Shown piece after piece: positions 19,862-28,874 of a stretch of DNA of 64,000 bases. The position numbers were made by a program, and so were the translations under genes. The notes under the pieces were generated by a model. It was not told where the DNA came from. It saw only the letters and a program-made list of their open reading frames with translations, and did not search any database. This stretch comes from an uncultured Bacteroides sp. (GTDB lineage Bacteria; Bacillota; Clostridia; Oscillospirales; Acutalibacteraceae). Numbering within the stretch: the stretch's first letter is position 1; every line of letters begins with the position of its first letter. The stretch is taken from contig CAYRBT010000001.1 of NCBI GenBank assembly GCA_964422655.1, positions 211,425 through 275,424 on the forward strand. Reading direction: 5' to 3'.

Positions 19862-19891
19862 AAAAGAGCATTTCAGTTGAAATGCTCTTTT
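19862..19891 (+). terminator. Intrinsic terminator (repeat copy T3)
   Basis: AAAAGAGCATTTCA-GT-TGAAATGCTCTTTT. Confidence 0.8.
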
Positions 19892-19985
19892 ACAATTTTG
19901 TATATCCACTTGAAAACTAAATCTAACTATGTTATATTTATACTGTATAGGGTACCCTAATTATTTTGAATCGAGAGTGATATTG

Positions 19986-22442
19986 ATGAAAAAAATAATT
20001 TCCGTTATACTGTCTGCGGTAATAGTTATTACTGCATTGTTTTGCTTTGGACTTGCAAATGTAAGTGCGGCGAGCGGTAACTGCAGTGCGACAGGCTCGT
20101 CTGTTAAATGGAATTATGATTTATCAACAAAAGTGCTGTCATTAACAGGAAAGGGTGTTGTTAAGGATTACGGTAACACCTCTCTTAACAGAGTACCTTG
20201 GTATTCCTACAAGAATGAAATTACTACTGTCGAGGTTGGTGAAGGAATTACCGAGCTCGGAACCCTTGTTTTTTATAATCTTACTGCGGTTACATCGGTG
20301 TCGCTTCCAAGCACTCTTACAACCATTGCCGGCGGTGTTCTTGCCGACGGCTACGGTGCCTTTGTCGGCTGTACCTCTCTTGAAAGTATTACCCTTCCTC
20401 AAAGTCTTACAACCATTGAGGCAATGGCATTTCGCGGTTGTACGGCACTTAAAAGCATAACTATTCCCGATAGTGTTACAACTCTCGGCGCAAGTGCATT
20501 TCGTGAGTGCACAAGCCTTGAAACCGTTACATACGGAACGGGCTTAACCGCAACAGGCGAATATGCCTTTTACGATTCAGGTATAAAAAATATCAATTTT
20601 TCTTCGACAATAACAGAGGTCAGTGTTTGGTCCTTCTTTAATACAAAGCTTACTTCTGTTGAGATACCTGAGAATGTTACCTCAATCGGCACAAGAGCAT
20701 TCGCAAACTGCTCGTTTATTATGACGGCAACGGTTTATAATGCGAACTGTACCTTCAACGGTATAATCGGTGAGGACCCGTTTAACGGTTCAAACCAGTC
20801 ACTCACTATGCGAGGACACAGCGGCTCTACCACCCAAACCTATGCAACGGAAAAGGGCTATACATTTGAATCAATCGACGATTGTGACCACGCAACCACT
20901 CATCAAGAGGTTTTAACTCCTGCCACCTGTACTGTAATCGGTAGGGGAGCAAATGTTTGCGATGAATGCGGATTTTCTGTTTCCGAGTACGATATACCTG
21001 CAACAGGTCATACCTATGAACTGTTAAGCGAAAATGACCAATCTGCAACAGACGGCCATATATACAGAGAATATTCCTGCATTGCAGGCGACGATACAAA
21101 ATCCGAAATCGAGCATGTTTCGTATCTTGACGGGTTTTATACATACACCTCAACTGCTACCTGCACAAGAGGCGGTATTGAAACATATACCTGTACGGTT
21201 GAAGGCTGCGGAAAGGTAACGAGAAATACCGTTTCTGCAGGTCAGCATCAGGTTGCGGAATATACTCAGACATTGGCACCGACCTGCACAACAGAGGGCT
21301 CTGAGCAGGGTGTATGCTCAGTATGCGGCGGAGTTGACACAAGGACAATTCCTGCCCTCGGTCATACAAATACATTGGTTGAAGAACGAGATGATACCGC
21401 TGTCGACGGACATAAGTATGAAATATATCATTGCTCTGTCTGTGATCAAGATAATACGGTAGTTACGCATACAGATTGGGTCGACGGCAAGTACACAAGA
21501 ACCGTGCTAACCGAGCCAAAGTGCGTTATTAACGGTGTTGCAAGAGATACCTGTTCAATTTGTGCTCAAACAAGAAATGTGACGCTTCCTGCAAACGGTC
21601 AGCACGATTGGTATGAAACAGGCAGTAAGGCTCCTACCTGTACAGCTCAGGGAGAGGTTTATTACGCTTGCAGTAATTGCAGTTTGACAAAAACGGAAAA
21701 AACGCAGGCGAATGGTCACTCTTATAAGCTTGATGAAACAGCAACAGTATCTCCAACCTGCACAGAAACAGGCTCAAATAAGTACGATTGTCTTGTTTGC
21801 GGAGCAACAAAGAGCGAGGTTGTTCCTGCGACGGGTCACGCTGCCGACCAGTCATCATATACTATTGTTCAAAATGCAACCTGTGAGGAAAACGGCTTGG
21901 CAACTGCAAACTGTGTGACCTGCGGTGCGCAGGGATATGAGATTGTGATTGCAGCACTCGGTCACGATTATCAAAATGTTATTGAGCCGATTGCCGACAA
22001 GCCCGGTCATTCGCTTTCAACTCCGACATGCTCAAGATGCGGTGCCAAGGATACTGCAAGCACCGTGCATGACGAGTGGATTGAAGGCGGCTACGAAACA
22101 ACGGTTGTTACAGAGGGAAGCTGTACGATTGCAAGGGTTACAAGAGATACCTGCACATATTGTAATATAACCCGAACAAATAATACCCCCGCTCCCGGTC
22201 ACAGCTATGTTATGACCTCTTACGATGCAACGGGCAGATTAAGCTATGAATGCTCTGTTTGTGCTAATAAGATAACGAGAACTCCTGCTACTGTTTTGGC
22301 ACTGTGGAATGTTCAAAATGTCAACAAAGCACCGTCAGAGGTATCACAGGGCGGACTCCTTAATGTTGTAGTTGACGATGTTATCAACGCAAAGGATTAT
22401 TCGCTTCTACTCAGGCTCAAAAAAATAAATGAAGCACAATAA
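19986..22442 (+). CDS. Secreted BspA-like leucine-rich-repeat protein with Cys/His-rich repeats
   Basis: Signal peptide MKKIISVILSAV...VSA; LRR_5 repeats (AF.GCT.L.SITIPDSVT.LG); many T-C-T..G...C..CG.....PA.GH repeats; likely ATG at 19986. Confidence 0.85.
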   Translation: MKKIISVILSAVIVITALFCFGLANVSAASGNCSATGSSVKWNYDLSTKVLSLTGKGVVKDYGNTSLNRVPWYSYKNEITTVEVGEGITELGTLVFYNLTAVTSVSLPSTLTTIAGGVLADGYGAFVGCTSLESITLPQSLTTIEAMAFRGCTALKSITIPDSVTTLGASAFRECTSLETVTYGTGLTATGEYAFYDSGIKNINFSSTITEVSVWSFFNTKLTSVEIPENVTSIGTRAFANCSFIMTATVYNANCTFNGIIGEDPFNGSNQSLTMRGHSGSTTQTYATEKGYTFESIDDCDHATTHQEVLTPATCTVIGRGANVCDECGFSVSEYDIPATGHTYELLSENDQSATDGHIYREYSCIAGDDTKSEIEHVSYLDGFYTYTSTATCTRGGIETYTCTVEGCGKVTRNTVSAGQHQVAEYTQTLAPTCTTEGSEQGVCSVCGGVDTRTIPALGHTNTLVEERDDTAVDGHKYEIYHCSVCDQDNTVVTHTDWVDGKYTRTVLTEPKCVINGVARDTCSICAQTRNVTLPANGQHDWYETGSKAPTCTAQGEVYYACSNCSLTKTEKTQANGHSYKLDETATVSPTCTETGSNKYDCLVCGATKSEVVPATGHAADQSSYTIVQNATCEENGLATANCVTCGAQGYEIVIAALGHDYQNVIEPIADKPGHSLSTPTCSRCGAKDTASTVHDEWIEGGYETTVVTEGSCTIARVTRDTCTYCNITRTNNTPAPGHSYVMTSYDATGRLSYECSVCANKITRTPATVLALWNVQNVNKAPSEVSQGGLLNVVVDDVINAKDYSLLLRLKKINEAQ

Positions 22443-22448
22443 CACGAT

Positions 22449-22481
22449 AAAAACAGTCCTCTTGTTTGAGGACTGTTTTTT
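22449..22481 (+). terminator. Intrinsic terminator
   Basis: AAAAACAGTCCTC-ttgttt-GAGGACTGTTTTTT. Confidence 0.85.
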
Positions 22482-22611
22482 GTTAAAAAATATTGCTTTG
22501 GTCTATAATAAAATTATTATTTTTTTATTTATAAAGTATTTACATTGAACTAAGTTTATATTATTATATATATAAGAATATATATAACAACTGCATACGG
22601 AGGTATATGTT

Positions 22612-23319
22612 ATGAGCATTGCATATAAAAGAATACTGCTCAAGCTCAGCGGCGAGGTGCTTGCAGGCGAAAAGGGAACAGGCATTGATAATGCAACTGT
22701 TACAAAAATCTGCACATCTGTTAAAAAGGTTGCCGATATGGGCGTTGAGGTCGGTATTGTTGTAGGCGGCGGCAATTTCTGGAGAGGCAGAACAAGTGAG
22801 CATATGGACAGAACAAGAGCTGACCATATCGGTATGCTTGCAACAGCGATGAATTCACTTGCTCTTTGCGACGCACTTGAACAGCTCGGAGCTGATGTAA
22901 GAGTACAGACTGCAATAGAAATGCGTCAGATAGCAGAGCCTTATATTCGCAACAAGGCAATCCGCCATTTTGAAAAGGGCAGAATTGTAATTTTCGGCTG
23001 CGGAACAGGCTCACCGTTTTTCTCAACAGATACTGCGGCGGCGCTTCGTGCGGTTGAAATAAATGCAGATGTTCTTCTTAAAGCAACAAATGTTGACGGT
23101 GTTTACGATAAGGACCCGAACAAATATGATGACGCTGTCAAATTTGACGAGGTTCAGTTTAAAGAGGTTCTTGCCCGTGATATCAAGGTTATGGACTCAA
23201 CTGCATTCTCGCTTTGCAAGGACAATGATTTGTCCATTCTTGTATTTGACCTTACCGACCCTGATAATATTATCAGCGCGGTTGAGGGAAAATCAATCGG
23301 TACACTTGTTAAAAACTAA
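22612..23319 (+). CDS. pyrH: Uridylate kinase
   Basis: [28 protein letters not shown]. Confidence 0.98.
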   Translation: MSIAYKRILLKLSGEVLAGEKGTGIDNATVTKICTSVKKVADMGVEVGIVVGGGNFWRGRTSEHMDRTRADHIGMLATAMNSLALCDALEQLGADVRVQTAIEMRQIAEPYIRNKAIRHFEKGRIVIFGCGTGSPFFSTDTAAALRAVEINADVLLKATNVDGVYDKDPNKYDDAVKFDEVQFKEVLARDIKVMDSTAFSLCKDNDLSILVFDLTDPDNIISAVEGKSIGTLVKN

Positions 23320-23340
23320 TTTTATAAGAGAGGTAAAATT

Positions 23341-23895
23341 ATGGAAGCATTATATTCTAAAACAAAGGAAAAGATGGAAAAATGTCTTACTTCCCTTGAA
23401 AGAGATTTTTCATCAATCAGAGCAGGCAGAGCAAACCCTGCAATTCTTGATAAGGTTACAGTAGATTATTACGGAGTACCGACAGCCATCAATCAAATGG
23501 CAGCTGTCAGCGTTCCCGAAGCAAGACTTCTTGTTATTCAGCCTTGGGATGCTTCAACACTCAAGGATATTGAAAAGGCAATAAATGTTGCCGATTTAGG
23601 TATCAATCCGCAGAATGACGGTAAAGTAATCCGCCTCAGCTTCCCACAGCTTACAGAGGAGCATCGTAAATCGCTTCAAAAGGATATTTCAAAAAGAGGC
23701 GAGGAAGCGAAGGTTGCTATCCGTAATGTTCGCCGTGATGCAATGGATGATTTAAAGAAGCTTAAAAAGGATAACGAAATCACCGAGGACGAGCAAAAGG
23801 ACGGCGAAAAGAAGCTTCAGGATATTACCGATGACTTCATCAAGCAGTCAGAGGCTATAACGAAGAAGAAGGAAGAGGAAGTTCTTTCTTTGTAA
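23341..23895 (+). CDS. frr: Ribosome recycling factor
   Basis: IRAGRANP, VDYYG, QPWD, AIRNVRRD. Confidence 0.98.
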   Translation: MEALYSKTKEKMEKCLTSLERDFSSIRAGRANPAILDKVTVDYYGVPTAINQMAAVSVPEARLLVIQPWDASTLKDIEKAINVADLGINPQNDGKVIRLSFPQLTEEHRKSLQKDISKRGEEAKVAIRNVRRDAMDDLKKLKKDNEITEDEQKDGEKKLQDITDDFIKQSEAITKKKEEEVLSL

Positions 23896-23981
23896 TTCAT
23901 AATTGCGGCGGAGCATTATCCGCCTTGCAGGGCGGCTGAAATACTGTCGCCCTATAACTGTATTTAAGGAGATGCTGTCAT

Positions 23982-24698
23982 ATGGCTTTGTTTAACAAAA
24001 AAGGCAGTGAAAATACTGAGTATTCGGTTCTTCCCGAGCATATCGGAATTATAATGGACGGCAACGGAAGATGGGCAAAAAAAAGAGCGCTTCCCCGTAC
24101 TGTCGGTCACAAAGCCGGTGCAGAGGTTTTTCGTTCAATAAGCAAGGAATGTGCAAGAATAGGAATAAGGTATGTTACCTTTTATGCCTTTTCTACTGAA
24201 AATTGGAAAAGACCAAAGGAAGAGGTAGATGCCTTGATGAATCTTTTCAAGGATTATCTGCTTGAGGCTAAAAGTGATTTTCAGCAGGCAGGCGACATAA
24301 GGCTGAAATTTATCGGCGAAAGAGCAGGGATTTCAAACGAGCTTCTCGGATTGATGGACGAGGCAGAGCGTGAAACTGCAAATCACACGGGAACAACAGT
24401 TTACCTTGCTATCAATTACGGAGGCAGGCAGGAGATTGTGTCTGCTGTTAATAGACTTATCAAACAGGGAAAAACCGATATAACAGAGCAGGACATTTCG
24501 GATAGTATTTATACTGTGCCCGACTGCGATTTGATTATCAGACCGAGCGGAGAGCAAAGACTGTCTAATTTCCTTTTATGGCAGGCGGCATACAGCGAGT
24601 TTTGGTACAGCGATGTTCTTTGGCCTGATTTCAAGTCGGATGATTTGCATCAGGCACTCAGGGAATTTGAAAAAAGAAACAGACGCTTCGGCGGATAA
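23982..24698 (+). CDS. uppS: Undecaprenyl diphosphate synthase
   Basis: HIGIIMDGNGRWA, FSTENWKRP, RLSNFLLWQ. Confidence 0.97.
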   Translation: MALFNKKGSENTEYSVLPEHIGIIMDGNGRWAKKRALPRTVGHKAGAEVFRSISKECARIGIRYVTFYAFSTENWKRPKEEVDALMNLFKDYLLEAKSDFQQAGDIRLKFIGERAGISNELLGLMDEAERETANHTGTTVYLAINYGGRQEIVSAVNRLIKQGKTDITEQDISDSIYTVPDCDLIIRPSGEQRLSNFLLWQAAYSEFWYSDVLWPDFKSDDLHQALREFEKRNRRFGG

Positions 24699-24728
24699 AA
24701 CATATTTTGATGAAAGGCGGAAGTTGAT

Positions 24729-25601
24729 ATGAAACAAAGAGTTATAACAGCCGTTTGCCTGCTTGCAGTGCTTGCTGTGGTCGTGTGGCAGATAAACACT
24801 CCTGTGCTTTTGATTGCGGTTGCATTTATTTCGGCGGTTGCAAGCGGAGAAATTATGAGATGTGCCAATGTTCAAAACACCTTTATTAAGGTGACAGGCA
24901 TAATCTTTTCGGTGGGAGTTCAGCTTTTTGCAAGCTCAAAGGTGCTTGAGCCCGTTGTCAGCTCAGAAAAATGGGGTGCAGTTATAGGCGCAGTACCAAA
25001 TGTAGTTTTTGTAATTGCAATTAGCCTCATATTTTTCCTTGCTATGCTCAAGGGATATGCGTACACCACCTTTGAAGATGTGGCGGTTTCGTTTTTTGCA
25101 AGCGTGGTAGTGCCGTACGGCTTCAGCCTTTTTATCAGGCTTCGTGATATGTTTGATAATACTCAGTTTGGGGTTTATCTTATTTTCTATGCACTTATCT
25201 GTGCCCTTGCAACGGATACGGGTGCTCAGCTTACGGGAATGGCAATAGGTAAAACAAAAATGGCACCGAATATCTCACCTAAAAAAACTGTTGAGGGTGC
25301 AGTCGGCGGACTTATTTTCAGCTTTGTTTTAACCTCTGTGGCACTGTTGCTTTACAACAAGCTTGCAATAGCACCGCTCAGCAGAGAAATGGCAACCGTG
25401 CTTCTTGCAGTCTGCCTTCCTGTATCCTTTATGGGTATGATGGGCGACCTTTCCGCTTCGGTGCTGAAAAGAAATTTCGGCGTAAAGGATTTCGGCAGAA
25501 TATTCCCCGGTCACGGCGGTGTTATGGACAGACTTGATTCAACGCTTTTTACACTGCCCATTACATATGCGGTAGCGCTTATTACACTCAAAATTTTTTA
25601 A
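24729..25601 (+). CDS. cdsA: Phosphatidate cytidylyltransferase
   Basis: ISPKKTVEG, KRNFGVKDFG.IFPGHGGVMDRLD. Confidence 0.96.
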   Translation: MKQRVITAVCLLAVLAVVVWQINTPVLLIAVAFISAVASGEIMRCANVQNTFIKVTGIIFSVGVQLFASSKVLEPVVSSEKWGAVIGAVPNVVFVIAISLIFFLAMLKGYAYTTFEDVAVSFFASVVVPYGFSLFIRLRDMFDNTQFGVYLIFYALICALATDTGAQLTGMAIGKTKMAPNISPKKTVEGAVGGLIFSFVLTSVALLLYNKLAIAPLSREMATVLLAVCLPVSFMGMMGDLSASVLKRNFGVKDFGRIFPGHGGVMDRLDSTLFTLPITYAVALITLKIF

Positions 25602-25620
25602 ATGATTTGCGGTGATTAAA

Positions 25621-26766
25621 ATGAAAAATATTTCACTACTCGGCTCAACAGGCTCAATAGGTACACAAAGCCTTGATGTTTGCCGAATGCACGGCTATAA
25701 GGTAAGATGCCTTACGGCAAATTCAAATGTTGATATTATCGAAAAACAGGTCAGGGAATTTAAACCCGATATGGTCTGTATGATGAATGAAAATTCCGCT
25801 AAGGAGCTTAAAACAAAAATCGGCGATATGGCGGTAAAGGTTGTAAGCGGTATGCAGGGGCTTATTGAATGTGCAACCTATGACAAGGCTGACACGGTTC
25901 TCAATTCCGTTGTCGGAATGGTAGGACTTCAGCCGACTCTTGAAGCAATAAAGGCTAAAAAAACAATTGCCCTTGCAAATAAAGAAACACTTGTTGCCGG
26001 CGGTCATCTTGTGACAAATCTTGCAAGGGAAAATAATGTAGATATTCTTCCCGTTGACAGTGAGCATTCCGCAATCTTTCAGTCAATGCAGGGAATGCCG
26101 TCAAAAAAAGCAATCAAAAAAATAATACTCACCGCATCGGGCGGACCGTTTTTCGGCAAAAAGCTCTCGGAGCTTGAAAATGTAACGGCGGCAGATGCAC
26201 TAAAGCATCCAAACTGGGATATGGGTGCAAAAATAACCATTGACTCTGCTACAATGATGAACAAGGGACTTGAGTTTATCGAGGCAAAATGGCTTTTTGA
26301 TATGCCAAATGAGGATATTGAAATAGTTGTTCACAGAGAGTCCGTTGTTCACTCTACAATTGTTTATCAGGATAATTCAATGATAGCGCAGTTGGGTGTA
26401 CCTGATATGAGAATACCTATTCAGTATGCACTGACTTATCCCGAAAGAGAGCCGAGTCCCGTTAAGGAGCTTTCACTTTCCGATTACGGAAGGCTGACCT
26501 TCTTTGAGCCCGACTATGAAACATTTAAGTGCATTGATGTTTGCAAAAATGCAATTGAAATGGGCGGGCTTCATCCGGCGGCTGCCAATGGCGCAAACGA
26601 AGAAAGCGTAAAGCTTTTCCTAAATGGTAAAATTAAATTTACCGATATTGCATATCTTAATAATGAAGCTATGAAGAATGCTCCCGATAAAAAGGATTTC
26701 ACTCTTGACGATGTTCTTGAAACGGACAAAAGGGCAAGAGAATATGTTTTAGAGGCGGTTAAGTGA
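25621..26766 (+). CDS. dxr: 1-deoxy-D-xylulose 5-phosphate reductoisomerase
   Basis: LGSTGSIG, LANKE, PVDSEH, HPNW.MG.KITIDSAT. Confidence 0.98.
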   Translation: MKNISLLGSTGSIGTQSLDVCRMHGYKVRCLTANSNVDIIEKQVREFKPDMVCMMNENSAKELKTKIGDMAVKVVSGMQGLIECATYDKADTVLNSVVGMVGLQPTLEAIKAKKTIALANKETLVAGGHLVTNLARENNVDILPVDSEHSAIFQSMQGMPSKKAIKKIILTASGGPFFGKKLSELENVTAADALKHPNWDMGAKITIDSATMMNKGLEFIEAKWLFDMPNEDIEIVVHRESVVHSTIVYQDNSMIAQLGVPDMRIPIQYALTYPEREPSPVKELSLSDYGRLTFFEPDYETFKCIDVCKNAIEMGGLHPAAANGANEESVKLFLNGKIKFTDIAYLNNEAMKNAPDKKDFTLDDVLETDKRAREYVLEAVK

Positions 26767-27803
26767 GTTTAAGTTCAATTTGGAATACGGTTTATCCTGT
26801 TGCAATAGCAATACTGTTTTTTGAGTTAATAATCATTATTCACGAGGGCGGTCATTTTTTAGCCGCCAGACTTATGAAAATCAAGGTGAATGAATTTTCA
26901 ATAGGTATGGGACCGAAGATTTTTCAGTTTACCAAAAATGATACCAAATATACACTCAGATGGATCCTTTTCGGCGGTTACTGTGCTATGGAGGGCGAGG
27001 ACGAGGAAAGCGATGACAAAAACGCCTTTGGCAACAAAAAGGTTTGGCGAAGAATTTTTGTCGTTGTTGCAGGTGCTTTGATGAATTTGCTTTTAGGCTT
27101 TATTATCGTGCTTATTATTACATCGTCGCAAAGCCTTGTCGGAACCACCGAAATTGCAAAATTTGAGGATAATGCCGTCAGCGCTTCATACGGTCTTCAG
27201 GTCGGAGATAAAATCAAAAACATCGACGGTATGAGGGTTTATACAACAAACGATGTTTCAACAGGTCTTTCAAGATGCGAGGACGGCAATGTCGATATGG
27301 TTGTACTGCGTGACGGAAAAGAGAAAAAAATCAGTGTTCAGTTTAAAACAGAGGAGTTTGAGGGGCATAATTACACGGTTATGGACTTTTGGCTTCGCGG
27401 TGTTGAAAAAAGCTTCTCAAATGTATTGGTGCAAAGCGCTAAGGAGTATCTTTCATTTGCAAGAATGGTATTTCTTTCCGTTCACGATATTTTGCTTGGC
27501 AGATACGGACTGTCCGATTTAAGCGGACCTGTCGGCGCGGTATCGGTTGTATCGGATGCGGTAAAGGTTTCCGTATTTTCAATGCTCAGAATTATGGCGC
27601 TTCTCACTATCAATGTCGGACTTTTCAATCTGTTTCCCATTCCTGCGCTTGACGGATGGAGATTGTTTGTTCTTATCGGCGAGGGAATAACCCGCAAAAA
27701 GCTCCCTCAAAAGCTTGAATATATGATAAATGCAGTCGGTCTTGCACTGCTTATAGGGCTTATGTGCCTTGTTACCTTTAGTGATGTTACAAAGCTGTTT
27801 TAA
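26763..27803 (+). CDS. rseP: Site-2 intramembrane metalloprotease RseP/RasP
   Basis: HEGGH, PDZ-like region, NLFPIPALDG. Confidence 0.93.
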   Translation: MSLSSIWNTVYPVAIAILFFELIIIIHEGGHFLAARLMKIKVNEFSIGMGPKIFQFTKNDTKYTLRWILFGGYCAMEGEDEESDDKNAFGNKKVWRRIFVVVAGALMNLLLGFIIVLIITSSQSLVGTTEIAKFEDNAVSASYGLQVGDKIKNIDGMRVYTTNDVSTGLSRCEDGNVDMVVLRDGKEKKISVQFKTEEFEGHNYTVMDFWLRGVEKSFSNVLVQSAKEYLSFARMVFLSVHDILLGRYGLSDLSGPVGAVSVVSDAVKVSVFSMLRIMALLTINVGLFNLFPIPALDGWRLFVLIGEGITRKKLPQKLEYMINAVGLALLIGLMCLVTFSDVTKLF

Positions 27804-27824
27804 CAGCAGGGAAAAGGTGAGATT

Positions 27825-28874
27825 ATGGAAAGAAGAAAAAGCAGAAAAATTAAAATAGGCAATACCTTTATCGGCGGGGACAGTGAAATACTTGTTCAAA
27901 GCATGCTCAATATTCCTGCCGGTGATATTGATGGCTCGGTTAATCAGGCAAAGGAGCTTGCAGCAGCAGGCTGTCAGGTTATCCGCTTTGCAATTCCCAA
28001 TGAAGATGCTCTTGCTCTTATTGAGCCTATAAAGGAAGCGGTTGATGTACCGCTTGTTGCCGATATTCATTTTGACTACCGCCTTGCAATCGGTGCGGCA
28101 GAAAGAGGAATAGATAAAATAAGAATTAACCCGGGTAATATCGGCGACGAGTCAAGGGTGAAAGCAGTTGCGGATGTTTGTAAAAGCAAGAGCATTCCTA
28201 TTAGGATAGGTGTAAATTCAGGCTCTCTTGAAAAGGATATACTTGCAAAATACGGTTCTCCTACTCCGCAGGCGATGGTTGACTCGGCAATGTATCACGC
28301 AAGACTGCTTGAAAAATTTGATTTTGAGGATATAGTAATTTCAATTAAATCGTCAAATGTTCAAACTATGATAAACGCCTACGAGCTTGCCGCTCAAAGC
28401 TGTGACTATCCGCTTCATCTCGGTGTTACCGAGGCAGGTACAGAGCGTATGGGTATTATTAAATCGTCTGTCGGTATCGGCTCGCTTCTCACAAGAGGTA
28501 TTGGTGACACGATAAGAGTCAGCCTTACGGACGCACCTGTTAAAGAGGTTTTTGCAGCATTTGATATTTTAAAGGCAATAGGGCTTAAAAATGATTGCCC
28601 GTATCTTATTTCGTGTCCTACCTGCGGCAGAACAAAAATTGACCTTGTGTCCCTTGCAAAGCAGGTTGAGGAAAGGCTCAGAGATTGCAAAAAGCCGATA
28701 AAGGTTGCGGTAATGGGCTGTGTTGTTAACGGACCGGGAGAGGCAAAAGAGGCAGATATCGGAATTGCAGGCGGCGACGGTAACGGCTTGATATTTAAAA
28801 AGGGCGAAATTCTCAGAAAGGTTGATGAGAAGGATTTGCTCGATGAATTGATGAAGGAAATAGAGAAGCTATAA
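27825..28874 (+). CDS. ispG: HMBPP synthase
   Basis: ADIHF, RINPGN, HLGVTEAG, CPTCGR, MGCVVNGPGE. Confidence 0.98.
   Translation: MERRKSRKIKIGNTFIGGDSEILVQSMLNIPAGDIDGSVNQAKELAAAGCQVIRFAIPNEDALALIEPIKEAVDVPLVADIHFDYRLAIGAAERGIDKIRINPGNIGDESRVKAVADVCKSKSIPIRIGVNSGSLEKDILAKYGSPTPQAMVDSAMYHARLLEKFDFEDIVISIKSSNVQTMINAYELAAQSCDYPLHLGVTEAGTERMGIIKSSVGIGSLLTRGIGDTIRVSLTDAPVKEVFAAFDILKAIGLKNDCPYLISCPTCGRTKIDLVSLAKQVEERLRDCKKPIKVAVMGCVVNGPGEAKEADIGIAGGDGNGLIFKKGEILRKVDEKDLLDELMKEIEKL

Noticed and set aside
17339-19891. Integron attC sites or CRISPR repeats as the identity of the T1-T3 hairpins
   Set aside because: No RYYYAAC/GTTRRRY cores, no integrase or cas genes, and spacing is gene-sized; kept only as a repeat finding.
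22482-22600. Very AT-rich low-complexity stretch before pyrH as an origin or ncRNA
   Set aside because: No DnaA boxes or stable structure; consistent with promoter DNA.
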